The notes beneath the pieces are model-generated. The model did no database searches, was not told the DNA's origin, and saw nothing but the letters and a program-made list of their open reading frames with translations. Of a stretch of DNA of 64,000 nt, positions 39,936 through 53,664 are shown one piece after another; within the stretch, counting starts at the first letter, position 1, and each line of letters opens with the position of its first letter. This DNA is from Octopus vulgaris (lineage: Eukaryota), in NCBI GenBank assembly GCA_951406725.2, contig OX597819.1, positions 118,234,001-118,298,000 of the forward strand, given 5' to 3'. The position numbers and the translations under genes were made by a program.

Positions 39936-40460
39936 AATATTCTATATATTTATTGTGTACATAGAGCAATGACTGACTGATGCATGTGGATACATCTTCA
40001 ATGATTTTCCTGGTATCATGGGGTCTTTCAGTATCATACACCCTCCCCCAGGTGACCCAGCTAGGGCCGACCAGACCCAGCTTGTGTCCAGATGGCCAAC
40101 TACCGACCCATTGCCGTCCTCTTAAATAACAACCAGCTTGAGACCATCTCTGTTGCATCAGTTGTACCGCGGATGGCCTTCCTTTTTCTCACTCCCTCCC
40201 TCGATGCCAAACTGCTGAAGGTTCTGGTCATATTTATATATGCATGTATATACATTATATACATATATTATATATACTACATATGTATGTATATACAGTA
40301 TGCATATATACTTATATTTCTTTATATCTATATATGTATGTGTGTGTGTAATCGTTTACGAAGTTTTCCGGATGATGAGCAAAAGTTAGAATAAGAACAG
40401 TAAGAAACGAGTGAAGGTGGATGGTTGGATGCATGCATGGATGGATAAGGAGATACATAC

Positions 40461-40531
<71 letters not shown>

Positions 40532-41134
40532 TGTGTGCGTGTAATCCTCCGGGCGCAAAAATCTATATGATACCTGTGGCAATCTTTTTCTGTATAAAAA
40601 TAATATTATTTTAGAGTAAAATAGTGGGATATATTATATTCCTTTCATCTAGAAATTTATAACTATAATTTTAGGAAGAATTTTACTTTATTCTTTGATG
40701 TTAAAGATGCCCATTAGCATCACTGACTTTCCTCATATATATTATATCCATACATATACGAACATACTGCATTTAGTATCACTAATTATTGGAAATACGA
40801 AAATAAATTTGTTAGGAAAATTTGTTAACATATATTGCTTTAGTGTGTGTGTGTGTGTGATTGTGTGTGATTGTGTGTATATACAATAGTAACAATACAC
40901 ACACATAGTTACAGATATGAAGGATTCTAGCGAGGTAAAGGTTTTTCTAATAGCCCAGTAATATTTAGTGGCGATCATAATTCTCATTTTTTGGTGAGAC
41001 ATATCCAAACTGTTGTTGATATCAATTTTATGTATAAGCATTAGCGGATCGCTAGTTCATCAACAGATTTCTATGATTAAATCATATATACTAACAGAGA
41101 AACAAGTCTAGAAAGGGTCGAAGTTCCAGCGAAT

Positions 41135-41180
41135 CCGTGCTGAAGAGGCAAACGGAAATTGCCGAAACTGACGTCAGTAT
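41135..41180 (+). ncRNA. Hammerhead-like motif with intact core
   Basis: CTGAAGA (41140)-GGCAA-acggaaa-TTGCC-GAAAC-tgac-GTC-agtat; helices II and III pair, helix I looks damaged; about 120 bp upstream of a (TA)n tract. Confidence 0.65.
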
Positions 41181-41296
41181 AAGTAACTTTTGATCAGCAC
41201 TTTTTGGATGACTATCTCCTTTGTTAGGGATTTTGGCTTATATTTCTAGCAATGTATGTGCTTTCTAAGTCACATTTAGTGACAATTTATAATTCT

Positions 41297-41348
<52 letters not shown>

Positions 41349-42252
41349 CATATATATACTTTTCTTCATCTCGTTTTCTGTAAATTTCGACTATATATAT
41401 ACCGTTATATTTTGGGATCTTCATTTTGCTAGTAAAAACACGCACTATATATTTTATTTTCACTGCTATTATTAATTTATTTGTCTATTCTTTCGTCACA
41501 CATCCTGCGTACTTTACAATGATTATATGTTCCGTGTGTCTCCTCTCTTTTCTGGCCTTATCCTAGAATAAACCCGAAAGAGTAGGAGATACTTTATACT
41601 CATCTTTTTGTCCCTTTAGTTCATGTTTTGTAACTATGCTGCTATACATATCCATCTAAATCCTCCTGCAACTTACAGACTCAATATAAAAATTTCCAGT
41701 GTAAAACCGTCCAATTTTGTGTATGTGTGTGTTCTGGAATAATCCTTTCCAAGCTGACTTATCTGACTTGAGAAAAGTCCGTGCTTTCCTATTTGTATCA
41801 AGGAAAGCAACTACGCAAATGTTTCTTCGTTAGCTCTTTCATAGATGTGATGCAATTTTTAACCTTGAAACAAAAGGAATATTATATCACACTTAACAGA
41901 AAAGCTGGTTGTTCTGAACTACTAGAAGAGAATACGAAATTAAGCCACTCGTGAAAGGGCGTTAGAAATATCTATGAATTATTCCAATTAGTGAAGCACA
42001 TTCGAGATGAAAAAAAAAAGCATGCAGTTAATGAACACGTTGATCATGTATTGAATCATCACACGTATTTCCAATAATTCCATCAGAGATGATTGTACAC
42101 GCTGAGAGAAATTAGCCTTTGCCATACATCACGGATTACGTAAAACGTATCAAATTATTTATGATATCAATTTTTCCTGTAGCTTAATTAGGAATCAATA
42201 TTATCATTCTTCCTTATTGAAGTCGACCTTTGTGGCTGTCCAGTTATATGTG

Positions 42253-42304
<52 letters not shown>

Positions 42305-42689
42305 CGTGTGTATGTGTGTGTTATTTCCTGCAGAGGACTGGTATTCGAAATGCAAACAATTAAAGAAAAGCCTCGAAGGGCGAGGAGCATGACACCGAAA
42401 TCCACTCAAAGCTTCTGTTTTTCACAAGTGACAGGACGTGAAACCCTCCCAAGTTTCAGTTTTCGCTAGCTTACACAGGCTAAGGCGAGGATCCAGATGA
42501 CCCTGAAATACCTGTTCCGATGGTGATACAGATTTCCGCCATTACAATCGTATTTTTAATCTCTCCAGCCGGTAGAGATTTTGCAATATCTTTGAAGAGC
42601 ACCTGCAGTTTTACTTTGGATTAAAAAGATTTTGAGTCTTATTGTAGTTTCTAAATATAATTTCCTTTCATTAGAAATATTAGTTTCAA

Positions 42690-42810
42690 AATTTTGCTCA
42701 ATGCCGACGATTTCTGGAGAGGGGGTAAGTCGATTACAGAGACCTCTATGATCAACTTGTACTTATTTTATCGATCTCGAAACCGATGAATGGCAAAGTC
42801 GACCTTTGAT
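42690..42810 (-). mobile_element. Meta/MESC-like SINE fragment
   Basis: gtcgattacagagacc..gtacttattttatcgatctcgaaaccgatgaatggcaaagtcgacct. Confidence 0.7.
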
Positions 42811-43712
42811 GAAAGGCTGCTCACTAGATGTATTATAATAATTACATTTTTTTCCAATATTTTTTCATCTTGTCTTTACATTAACAACAATTACCATTAA
42901 AGCAAAACAAGAAACAGGTTAAATGATTCAATATTTCCCTATTTATGTCTGCCAGATATATTTTGCTTATAATTTTACTTGATACAGTGCATGAGGAACG
43001 TTTAAAGTCTAGAAATTCCCCAATCTCCCATTGAAAATAATTTCATACAAAGATATATTGAAAACAAAGCTTGACTGAAATCTGTATGTATATATATGTA
43101 TGTATATATATATATGTATGTGTGGGTGTGTGTGTGTGTGTGTGTGTGTACGTGTGAGTGTGTGAGTGTGCGTGTGTTATACTGTGTTGTTTCTTCACTG
43201 GTACAATGACAATTCGGTCAGTGTTTTCTGCAGTGAATGAGTCCCAGGAGTAAATAAAATAAACGCATCACGACAAATTAAGTAAGAAGACAATGCTGTT
43301 AGCTAATAATGCAAGTATGAAGTGTACACAAAAGGAACGGTAAGAAGTAAATACAAATCTTCGTCTTTATATCAGAAATTCCATTTTATCAACGAAGGAG
43401 TTTGTTTAATACAAAAGAATTGTTCTACTCGGATATTCTTTCCCAAAGGCAGTTATTATGTCAATGGAAATAGAATGGGAAGATAGACATTTTTGCCTGA
43501 ACAGTCAAATTGTCAATCTACATTTTCTCTGATACGTGTCCTTTTAGACTCCGTAAGTATTGCCTCCATAAAAATATTAATTTGAATATAGCTCACAACG
43601 AGCGCTACATCTTCCTATCTGTATATTAATGGGAGTTATTGGTAACATTAACAAACTCTAAAATATACTATATATTTAGTGCATATATATATATCAGTAG
43701 CCACTACACATA

Positions 43713-43870
43713 TTCTTTTTGTCGCCTTGTTTTTTTTTCATGACCCTTTCTATAGAATAGCGTAAGCTCGAAACGTAGAAGACATTTTCTATTCCTGAGC
43801 ATTATACTAATACATTTGTTTGTTTTGTACACCACCTATCTTCGTATTTTGTTTTATTCGTGAACTCTCC

Positions 43871-43873
<3 letters not shown>
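43713..43873 (+). mobile_element. Short TA-associated PLE-like repeat (family copy 2)
   Basis: Collinear with 35447-35603, including gctcgaaacgta; ends aactctcccc-(TA)n. Confidence 0.75.
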
Positions 43874-43917
<44 letters not shown>

Positions 43918-46318
43918 GCCCAGCATGGCCACTGCTTGTGAGCTGAAACTAGATAAAAAAAAATATATATATATATATTGTTATCTGTGGAGTCATATCT
44001 GTAGTGAAAAAATTAGTTGTTTTCGCTGCTATTTCTAAATTTTTCGGTATGTGTTTTAGCAACTTGTTGCTAGGCCTTAATTAATTATATTTATAATTAT
44101 ATATATATATAACCACTTTTTGTAAAAGTCTCTATCAATAATGTTTCTTTTTCCATACCGAAACTACTTGGTAAAATTTATTTATTATTAAATTAATCAT
44201 TCTTTACCCTATATATATATATTTCGATAGATATAGATAGATAGATATTTAACCAAACATACCTAGGTTTTGATCCATATATTATTATCTCGATGTTGTG
44301 TTGTCTCTTTACCTGTGTGGAAAGACAAAACGGAGTTGACTATTTTCTGTTCTACTCTATGAAGCTCAAATTGCTTATGCATGGTTTTCAGTAACTCTTT
44401 TGATCTGTATCCCGTGACCATGAACGCATTGAAGGATCTTGTAAATTTGTAGCTAAGCATCAATCCTCACGAGTAACCGAAAATGTTCATAGGTCATGCT
44501 CGACAGCAGATTCAATAATTACGTGCTTGGACGCGTAATTATGCGTGCTCTCACGCACACATACACACAAACACACACAGATTACGTTCCGCAAAGCATT
44601 TTCTCAGTATTTATTGGGTACTTTAATGCTTTCGAGGGGAAAATACCAGTGAATATATACAAAACTGCGCTGGCACACATCTATTTATAGAGGCACAAAT
44701 GGGTTTCGTCAAACGCGCATATTTGTATATCTAAAGATTTGTAAAATTTTATAACTAGTTTATAAATATAATAAGACACACGTTTGAAACTCAGAGTAGA
44801 AAACATCAATAACAAAACCACCAGTCACTGGGAAAATAACAAATACAGGTATATAGTGAGACCTGCTGCGGTCAACTCCCAAACTTTGATATCAATTGAT
44901 CCAGGGATATCGCATTCATCATTTTACAGCTTCCTGCCATGATGGTAAGTTAATTTTTTGTTGTGCTTGTTTTTTGTTACTTTTTCGTTTTTTTCTTTCA
45001 GTGATTGGTAGTTTTCTTAGAGGATTTTTCGACTCTAATTTTCACAACAATGCTGGCATGATAGAATTTTGGGTTTGCCATTTATCGGCTTTTGCTTGTT
45101 GGCCACCTATATTATTATTGTTATAATTCATTTTACTAATGATAATAATTAATAATAATATCTATATAAATATTTTCAAATATTCATTCATTTAGTAAAT
45201 ATTTGCAAATATGTGCATCGACATTATCAGCATATACACTTTTTCAAAGGAGTTAAAGTTTTTTTTTATTTATATGCACGGCATGTGACAGCATTGTGTG
45301 TGTGTGTGTGTGTGTGTGTTCGCTTCAATGGAACAGCTCGCATGTGTTTATGATAACTATCAATTATATAACACGCGTATATAATTTCTTTCCATAAACC
45401 ACCCTTTTTTTCAATTCGCCTTTATGCTTGATCGATGACTCTGCATCACATACAATTATAAACACCAATTGTTATCAAAGCTGATGTGAATATCTTGAGA
45501 GATGGGAGATTCAACTTCATATTCAGATATTCTTTTATACTGTCGAATGATATTACAGAGGATGGCATTAACTTACTGCCGGGAATTCTAAAGAGGTTTC
45601 TGTTAAGAATTCACAGTAAGCGGTAACTGAATAATAAAAGAAAGACTTATTTTATTTATTTTGGGATAGAATCTTGTAAAGCCATAAAACATGAGGATAT
45701 GTTTTGATATTCAGCACTTCCGGAATATCAATAGCAATAACAGTTTAACAGAATCTGTTAAACAAATCCCGATATTACGCAAGTGAAGTCAAAATTCATT
45801 TTTCTGTCAATACAGTATTTGACAGCTTAGATATGTTGCTTTTCGCCCTGGGCCTGATTTCATCCAGCTAGTTTAGAATCAAAGACAGTGGAGATGTGAA
45901 TATCGCTTTTCATCACTGCTAGGTTTTTGAAGGTTTAAGTGTATCTCGAAGCACATTATTGAATGTGTCATACAATTTATCCTTCGCTTTTTTTAAGAGA
46001 ACTTGATTTCAAGTAAGGTGACTTATTACATCTGAAATATCGATCAACAAAGTAGAGCATTCTTCGTTCGTTGATTTCCTGCATAGTGATAGTGATCAGA
46101 AACTTAGGATTCTGTGATGTTCATGGTTTCCAGGCATCTTGTATATGTATCTTGTAAACGAAACACTGTCGTTGCGTAGCAAGCACTGAGATATAAAACT
46201 GGTAGCTAGTTTAATAGATTAATGTTCATACTCTTTTCCATACGATAGGCCCCCCACTTTCTCCCAAAACTGTAAAACTAATAAGTAAATAATTTCTGCA
46301 GTCCTATATGTAAGAGAT

Positions 46319-46481
46319 GAGGAATTATGTACGTTATTTACATTTGACGGATATTTGTCCTCATCTTGTTTGTTATTAACACAACGTTGCGGCTGATATA
46401 CCCTTCAGCCTTCATCAGGTGTCTTGGGGAAATTTCGAAATCTGGGTTCTCATTCCTAAGGTATTTTTCGATGTTGTCTTG

Positions 46482-46516
<35 letters not shown>

Positions 46517-46722
46517 TATTATTCAGGTGAGTGCTTGGAATCGAACTCGGATATTAATAATAATAATAATAATAATAATAATGATAATAATAATAACTTA
46601 GAAATGAGAACACTGGTTCGAAATTTCCCCCACGACACCTGATGAAGGCTGGAGGGTATATCAGCCGGGTATATCAGCCGAAGCAAATATCCGTCAAACG
46701 TAAATAGGGTAAATAAATTCTC
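46319..46722. mobile_element. Fold-back element around (ATT)n/(AAT)n with inverted hammerhead motifs
   Basis: Minus 46423-46378: gacac-CTGATGA-aggctg-aagggtatat-cagcc-GCAAC-GTT-gtgtt. Plus from 46634: gacac-CTGATGA-aggctg..cagcc(duplicated)-GAAG. Outer arms tttacatttgacggatatttg / caaatatccgtcaaacgtaaa. Confidence 0.8.
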
Positions 46723-47835
46723 GTAAGATAGACTACTACTATTTTCCTATTAATAGGGGAGTAGAAGCAGATAGGGAAACAATGCTTGGATTCATTTTTA
46801 TTATATTTTTCTTAAAGTCGTCTCTGAATTTCGTGTGATACACATATTCAACAGCGTAGTAGATTTTCATGTTTTCACCTAAAGTATTAAAACACGATAA
46901 AAATTCTAAACTTGATCCTTATAAATTTTCTTTACTACCATCCACCGTTTGATCCTCAGTCATTGCATAATTATATTGCAATATGATCAAGTTATATAAA
47001 ATATCTAAACCTCTGTGCACCAATAAATCATTTCAAAGAAAAGATCTCTTAAAAATCATTACTTTTGCTCTATCAGGCACTTGAAATTTATGGAAAACTC
47101 ATGTAAAACCGTTCTTTTATAATGTGGTATATACTCGTTTGGTGCCAATGGCATTTTGAGGTTATTCATGTAAGCGATATTCTCCAACTTACTCCTACGT
47201 GAAAATTTCAAGTACAGAAATATTATTTTAGGCAGTTAACCCTATCAATCTCTGTGTATATGAATATTTGTTTTGCAAGATAATTTGTAATTCGTTAATA
47301 GAACAGAATGCATAAATATTCAATTGCCATGTGCAATTATGTTATATCTCCCTTTCAAATACTTTTCACCTAAAATATGTAAGGGGAAAACACGAATCAA
47401 ATTATGATTGCAAAGTCATCATATATTTTTTTCCTTTGACAAGCGTTGCAATATGTATGGACAACGTTCTTAAGAAGTGAAGAATTGAGGAAGAATCATA
47501 GAGATTGATAAAAGAATCACAGAAATGCTTAACCCCTTGACTGTCCAAATCATTTTCGTCAGTTTGTACCAAATAAATATTTTTTCTGATATTTAGTTAG
47601 CTCTTGTTCTGAGTTAGCATAAGTTCTGAGTAATATAAAGGTTTTGTTTCATAACTCCTCAGTTAAGTTTGTCAAAAACAAAGTGGAAATATATATCGTG
47701 TATGATTCATAGACGCTAGGAAAATGTCTTTTGCGTCACATGCGAAACAAAGGAGTCGTAAAAGGTTAATTTCACGGTTGCCTCAAAACAAGATGAGATA
47801 TACTTGTGATCTTAACATGTAACAAATACATATTT

Positions 47836-48001
47836 GGGGAAATTTCGAACCAGGGTTCTCATTTCTAAGCTATTATTATTATTATTATTATTTTCGTTAC
47901 TACCATCCACCGTGTGATCCTCGGTCGTTGCATAATTCTATTACAATATGATCAAGTATATAAAATATCTAAACCTGTGTGCACCAATAAATCATTTCAA
48001 A
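47836..48001. repeat. Composite local duplication
   Basis: 47836-47890 is the reverse complement of ~46575-46630; 47897-48001 is a direct copy of 46932-47037. Confidence 0.85.
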
Positions 48002-49381
48002 AAGATTAACTATTACTACAGACATTAAAAAGACGATGCAATACTTTTCCACTGGCTCTTATGGCGCCAAACTAAATTTAGCAATGCATCATCAGTGACT
48101 ACATCAACGTATCGTACGTATTTCGTGGATAATTTGTGCCGAATGCATTTTAGAAACTGTTGTACTTCGAAACCCGCGCCAGCATAATATCGTTTGAAGC
48201 ATAAACTTTGCCCGTCCCTTTATAAAGGTTAGAAATAGCTTCACTGGCATCCTAACAAAGTTTGATTACAAATACCAAATGAACATACTCGCATTTACAG
48301 ATAAACATAGATATTAGTATTCACATTATGTTTATACTCGTACGCATGTTTGCCTCCGTTTTTATCTTTTTATGTTTAAGTATACTTTTGCATGATAAAT
48401 TCCTTCCTCTTTAAGGCATCAATTTTTCAGGTCGTTTGGATATACTTTATTGAGAGGATTCGAGCATTTACAACTGCTTAACAGAATCCATTCATTTCCA
48501 AGCCGTGTTTTGCATTGGCAGTTTTTAAATTACCATCTTGATATGCACAACTCGTCAAGCCATTATTATATATATTTTTTCGTTTTGATTCCCTTACCCT
48601 GCAACCAGACTACCGTTGAACTTGGGAAATTAAGGTAACGTGTATTGTATGAAAGCTTTTCACCAAAGGACATTGCAACTTCTCTAATGAGGTTACATAT
48701 TTTGAAATAATTTTAGATAAGATTTACAAGTACCGTATTTTTTCCATTATTCAGAATGTAGCAAACTATTGAAACAAACTGATAAACCCTGGGGAAGAAC
48801 TATAACACATTTTAACATCTAATTACAAATTACGTTGTATGGTTTCCCATAAAATTCGATGTCCTAGATATATTCTACACCATATTCATTTAAACTAGTG
48901 TTCACTATCGGAAAGCAGGTTAAATAATGCCAAAATGTTTTCCAATTGCGTAGTCATTCTGTCAAGTCTTTAAATTTACTCTAGCTTAATTCTATTTTGA
49001 GGCGTATGCACATTTAAGAATACTATCCTAATCATATATTGAATGATTATATGGTTAGGACTGCATTCTTAAATCTGCAGTTCATAGGCCCCAAAATAGA
49101 GTTATTGCTATGGTTTTAATTTGAACATGAGACACGAAGGAATCATTTACATAAGATAGAGAGAGAGAGAGAGAGAGAGAAAAGGAGAGAGAGAGTGGTA
49201 TTACAATTCTTAATCAATTTCGATCGCTTTAAAAGTTAGTGGAAACGATACATGAACCAACATCTATATATTTTAGGAAATTATTGACAATACAAATGAG
49301 TTGCAAAACACTCGTATTCTCTCTTTTACACACGTATGTGTATCAAGCTTACACACCTGTTTGTTGTTCTCTAAATTTCAA

Positions 49382-49416
<35 letters not shown>

Positions 49417-49474
49417 TATATATATATATGTATGTATGTATGTTTTATGTATTATTTTTTCTCCTTATATCAAT

Positions 49475-49850
49475 GTTATCCAGTCTAAGGCTGTATTATG
49501 CGCGGGGACAGAAGTAATCGGACTGATTATCCGATCGCGTGGTTGAACCACGGGAGTGAAGGACTCCTGGCCTTTGTTGGGGCATCCTTCTGGGAGAAGG
49601 TAACTCGGGTAATTGGGATAACTCCGACACAAAAACTGCGGCTCAGTGGTTACCGATGATGTTGACTTGTTCTTCTTTTCGGATTATGGCTGCTGTTGCT
49701 TAGTGAGTGGGATTGACTCAGTGCACAGCCTTTCCTCGTTTAAAAAAAAACTTCTTGCACAGGCATTCCACGATAACAACATTGATTGATTGATTAAATT
49801 GAAGCTTCGTGCAATGGCCATACTCGATAACGAGGGGGCAGCCATCATCA
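49475..49850 (+). mobile_element. GC-richer non-autonomous retroposon-like insert, possibly RTE-related
   Basis: ttggggcatccttctgggagaaggtaact resembles RTE 5' UTR motifs; ends in a catcatcat tail; flanked by TA/TATG microsatellites; single copy in the window. Confidence 0.45.
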
Positions 49851-49864
49851 TGTATATATGTATG

Positions 49865-49897
<33 letters not shown>

Positions 49898-50212
49898 GTG
49901 TATGTATGTATGTACGTATGTATGTTTGTATGCATGTATGTATGTGTGTGTGTATGTATGTATGTGTGTATGTATGTATGTGTGTATGTATGTATGTATT
50001 GTAGCCATCATATGAATGTTACAAACTTTCTAGAGAACGTGAATTCTGTTTCGAATATTTGGAAGTGCGGATATGAAGCTATCAATGATACATGTTAAAT
50101 GTTGCATTGAAAAAGTCCTTTTAGATAGAAAAAGTCGAAAGTTACTCTTTTCATTTTTGCATTTCAAATGCTTTTCCAACTCCAAATTTAGATGGTATTG
50201 TCTATAAATCAA

Positions 50213-50448
50213 GGCGGCGAGCTGGCAGAAACGTTAGCACGCCGGGCGAAATGCTTAGCGGTATTTCGTCTGCGTTACGTTGTGAGTTCAAATTCCGCCG
50301 AGGTCGACTTTGCCTTTCATCCTTTCGGGGTCGATAAATTAAGTACCAGTTACGCACTGGGGTCGATGTAATCGACTTAATACCTATGTATGTCCTTGTT
50401 TGTCCCCTCTGTGTTTAGCACCTAGTGGGTAGTAAAGAAATAGGTATT
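50213..50448 (+). mobile_element. Young full-length Meta/MESC-like tRNA SINE with target-site duplication
   Basis: A box tggcagaaacgtt, B box gagttcaaattc, central domain; 16-bp TSD ggtattgtctataaat at 50194-50209 and 50443-50458. Confidence 0.92.
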
Positions 50449-50934
50449 GTCTATAAATTTACATGCGAGCTACGAGGTATTTCAGAAAGGAAATATATCT
50501 ATATCTATACATACATGTGTGTGGAAGTGTGTGTGTTTGTGAGTGTATGCATGCGCGTAAGAAATACAAAATACGGGTGGTTTATATTATTCTCTAAGTG
50601 CCATTTTAGGATTCATCACACAGCTATAACGATTTGGGCGAAACTACGTTTATGTCAGTTTTAAGTAATTATTAGCGAGTTTGGCTTTTATCGTCCCTTA
50701 TCGCTGCGATATATACATGGACATCAATACATGTATACACGTCAATAGTTTAATAGATTACCATCAACGTACAGAGAGGATTTGATGATTTGCAACATAT
50801 ACCAGTAAACTAAAATAAAATGAAATTGGATATTACAATATATTTCCACATAATAGACTCATGCAAAACTTGCATGACTCTCACTTTGTCTTTCTTCTGT
50901 AATAAAATCAAAATAATAATACTAATAATCATTC

Positions 50935-51142
50935 CTAATAATGCCACAAGGCCTGGAATTTGGGGAAGGAGACTAATAAATTTCATCAACCCCAGCGTTT
51001 CTGAGGAAAGTATTTTATCGACCCCGAAAAGATGAAAGGCAAAATCGACTTCAGTGAAATTTGAACAAAGAAAGTAGCGACGAAAGAAATACCGCTTAGC
51101 ATTTCGTTCAGCCTACTATGAATTCTGCCAGATCACCTCCGT
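50935..51142 (-). mobile_element. Older Meta/MESC-like SINE
   Basis: tatcgaccccgaaaagatgaaaggcaaaatcgac..gaaataccgcttagcatttcg..ttctgccagatcacc. Confidence 0.8.
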
Positions 51143-51382
51143 AGTTATAATAATAATAATAATGATAATAATAATAATGATAATAATGATAATGATGATA
51201 ATAATAATAAGAAGAAGAAATAGACATAAAACCCAGTTTAGTACAGAAAACTGTCTTATTAGAGAAGGCTCGGTTGCATAGTAGGGTTGTTAGAATCTAA
51301 ATTTACTTGTAATCCGATGTTAGGGATTTTTCTTTTCAAACAGTCTAAACTGTTGTGCGTATATGAATAATAAAAACAAAAA

Positions 51383-51417
<35 letters not shown>

Positions 51418-51420
<3 letters not shown>

Positions 51421-51600
51421 CAGATTTACAGAATAGCAAAAACGAACACAGGTGTATGAACAAGAAAGCGGGTGTATTAATTTGAGGCTCGGGAAAGTGA
51501 GAAAGTGTTTTACGTTTCGAGCCTACGCTCTTCGGGAGAAAGGAATAAATGAAAATAAACAGAGAAGAAATTTAAAAAAAACTTATGTATTTAACGATCA
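51418..51600 (-). mobile_element. Short TA-associated PLE-like repeat (family copy 3, inverted)
   Basis: tacgtttcgagcctacgctcttc is the reverse complement of the 35487 motif; TA tracts on both sides. Confidence 0.7.
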
Positions 51601-51622
51601 GACAAAATATATATATATATAT

Positions 51623-51825
51623 AAACAAGGGAGTCAGAGAAAAGGCAGAATGCTACTTATATCTGAACACTACTACAGAAATATTCTTTTAAAAAAACTT
51701 TTCTTCTAATTTTTCTAAATTTAATTATTTAATCGTTACAGTTGAAAAGGTCTCAAAATGACCGAAACCGGTACTGAAAGATTCACTATAAAATCATCTT
51801 AGCATTTTCTATTTTTGACTTGTTT

Positions 51826-51830
<5 letters not shown>
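51623..51830 (+). mobile_element. (TA)n-flanked short element with inverted ends and a decayed hammerhead (51731-51783)
   Basis: aatcgttacag-TTGAAAA-ggtc-tcaaaat-gacc-GAAAC-CG-GTA-ctgaaagatt; ends agtca..aga(a)atgcta / tagcattttcta..tgact. Confidence 0.55.
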
Positions 51831-51881
<51 letters not shown>

Positions 51882-53664
51882 AATGTGTGTGTGTGTGTGT
51901 GTTTGCGAATTTAGAGGAGACATTTTAGTGTAAGTATAGTTTCTTCGCCCTGACGAAATGCAAATACATACAAACCTAGCAACCAGACAACTGCGTACGC
52001 AGACACTGTCGCACTTCTTACGCTACATGTTACGCAATGTACTAAAACTGTCAATGAAATAGCCAGGCTCTATGATAAAGTAGTTACTGATTTTCGCAAG
52101 CAAATTGCGTTCTCGTTGCTTTTGTAAAGATTTCGGAAATTATGCATGCTATATAATATGCAGTATGGAGAAAGCAAATCTAGAAAACTAAGCTAAAGTT
52201 ATCAAATGTTGGTTTCTTTTAATCTCAGGAAAATTGTTATTCTTTGTTTTTAAAGAAAATAATTATGCTTTTGGGAATGGAAACTTACACTAATTTAAGT
52301 ATAAAATCCTGTACTTCTTAATAAATAGAACAATAAACAGTCGAGTTTGATATATCTATCGAGGAACAAAAGCTGTTTTATGTATGTTTACATATTATAT
52401 ATACATATATATGACTGTCCTTCCCTATGAATGTACACATATTTATAATTTTCGCTCTCTGTGTCGTATATCTTCATTATACATTCTACAATGCTAGAAA
52501 GTGTATCATGCCTACAAACTACAATGTTGGTTTGGGTGCTACGGAGAAACTTCGACTTCACTACCAGTGTTTTTCAAACCGATATTTTCCTGTTATTTAT
52601 ATATACGTCAAGGCCATTAGAAAAGAAGTGAGTGTGTGACTGTGTGTGTGTGTTTGTGCGTATGATGAAAAGCTTCCGCTTGATAATTGATACCTGGCCA
52701 AATTAATTTACATGATCCCGATTATCTCCATTAAGTCTGTGTGCATTAGTATGCGGCAAATAATCTCTCGTGATGTTTCTAATTTTGAGAAGGATAAACA
52801 ATTGAGAATTAGACATCGAAACATTATTGTTTTATTCTGAGATTAGTTTTTCCAGCATGTAATGCCCTCAGTGAATTCCAGTTAATCATAATCAGAGAGT
52901 GGGTTACAACAAAATTGGCACATTCAATTTCAGAGTACCGCTTAAAGGTTCCCAACTAAAACGTACCAACCAGTTGAGGTGTGGAAAAATCATTAATTGC
53001 GTAAAATTGAGAGGACGTTACAATACCGCCCTTCTTTCTGTATCTTACAGGTGATCTGTAAATCACACACCTCGCCATGAATGATCAGTGGTGTTGCCAC
53101 TTTAGACAATGAAGTCTGGATAATTTTTAAGGCCTAAAATAATTTCGTTTTCATGATAATTGATAAGCAATTGGAGTGAATAAATATAACTTGCATCATA
53201 CAGTGAATCTGCAGTTGACCACGGAGCTAGTAAGAACTGGAAATACCAAATAAATATTTTTAGAACTTATTTGTAAGATATAAAATTAAAATCAAACCAA
53301 GAGGTGAAAATGAATGATTCAATGCTGTAATATAGCTAACTTTAGAATTGTTAAAATAGTTGTGTAAAAGATTATGCAGAATGCATTTTAAAGTAACTTG
53401 CTGATTCATTAAAGAATGTGAATGGAGTTAATGGATCTTATAACAGAAACAGCTGCAGACTAATTAAATTCATAAGATAATCATTTATGCTTCTGTCATC
53501 ACTCTCTCTCTCTCTCTTTTCTCCCTCACGCCCTCTCTCCAATTCTGTAGAGTATATATATATACATACATGCATACATATTCATGTATGAATACATATC
53601 TATATATACGTATGTATCTATAAATACATATCTGTATATCTACATACACACACACACATATATA

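Noticed and set aside
40020-40230. NYRPIAVL LINE RT-like motif in a GC-richer patch
   Set aside because: Flanking RT motifs are not convincingly present; may be a LINE scrap but cannot be assigned
40363-40420. Further hammerhead-like traces (cggatga..gaaacgagt; also ~41535-41590)
   Set aside because: Core or helix II too damaged to count
47529-47769. TTAA-bounded possible piggyBac MITE
   Set aside because: Terminal similarity is only about 8 nt; not distinguishable from chance
53030-53120. Strong-looking splice acceptor tttctgtatcttacag|gtg
   Set aside because: No convincing coding frame or partner exon; could be a non-coding exon but is unsupported
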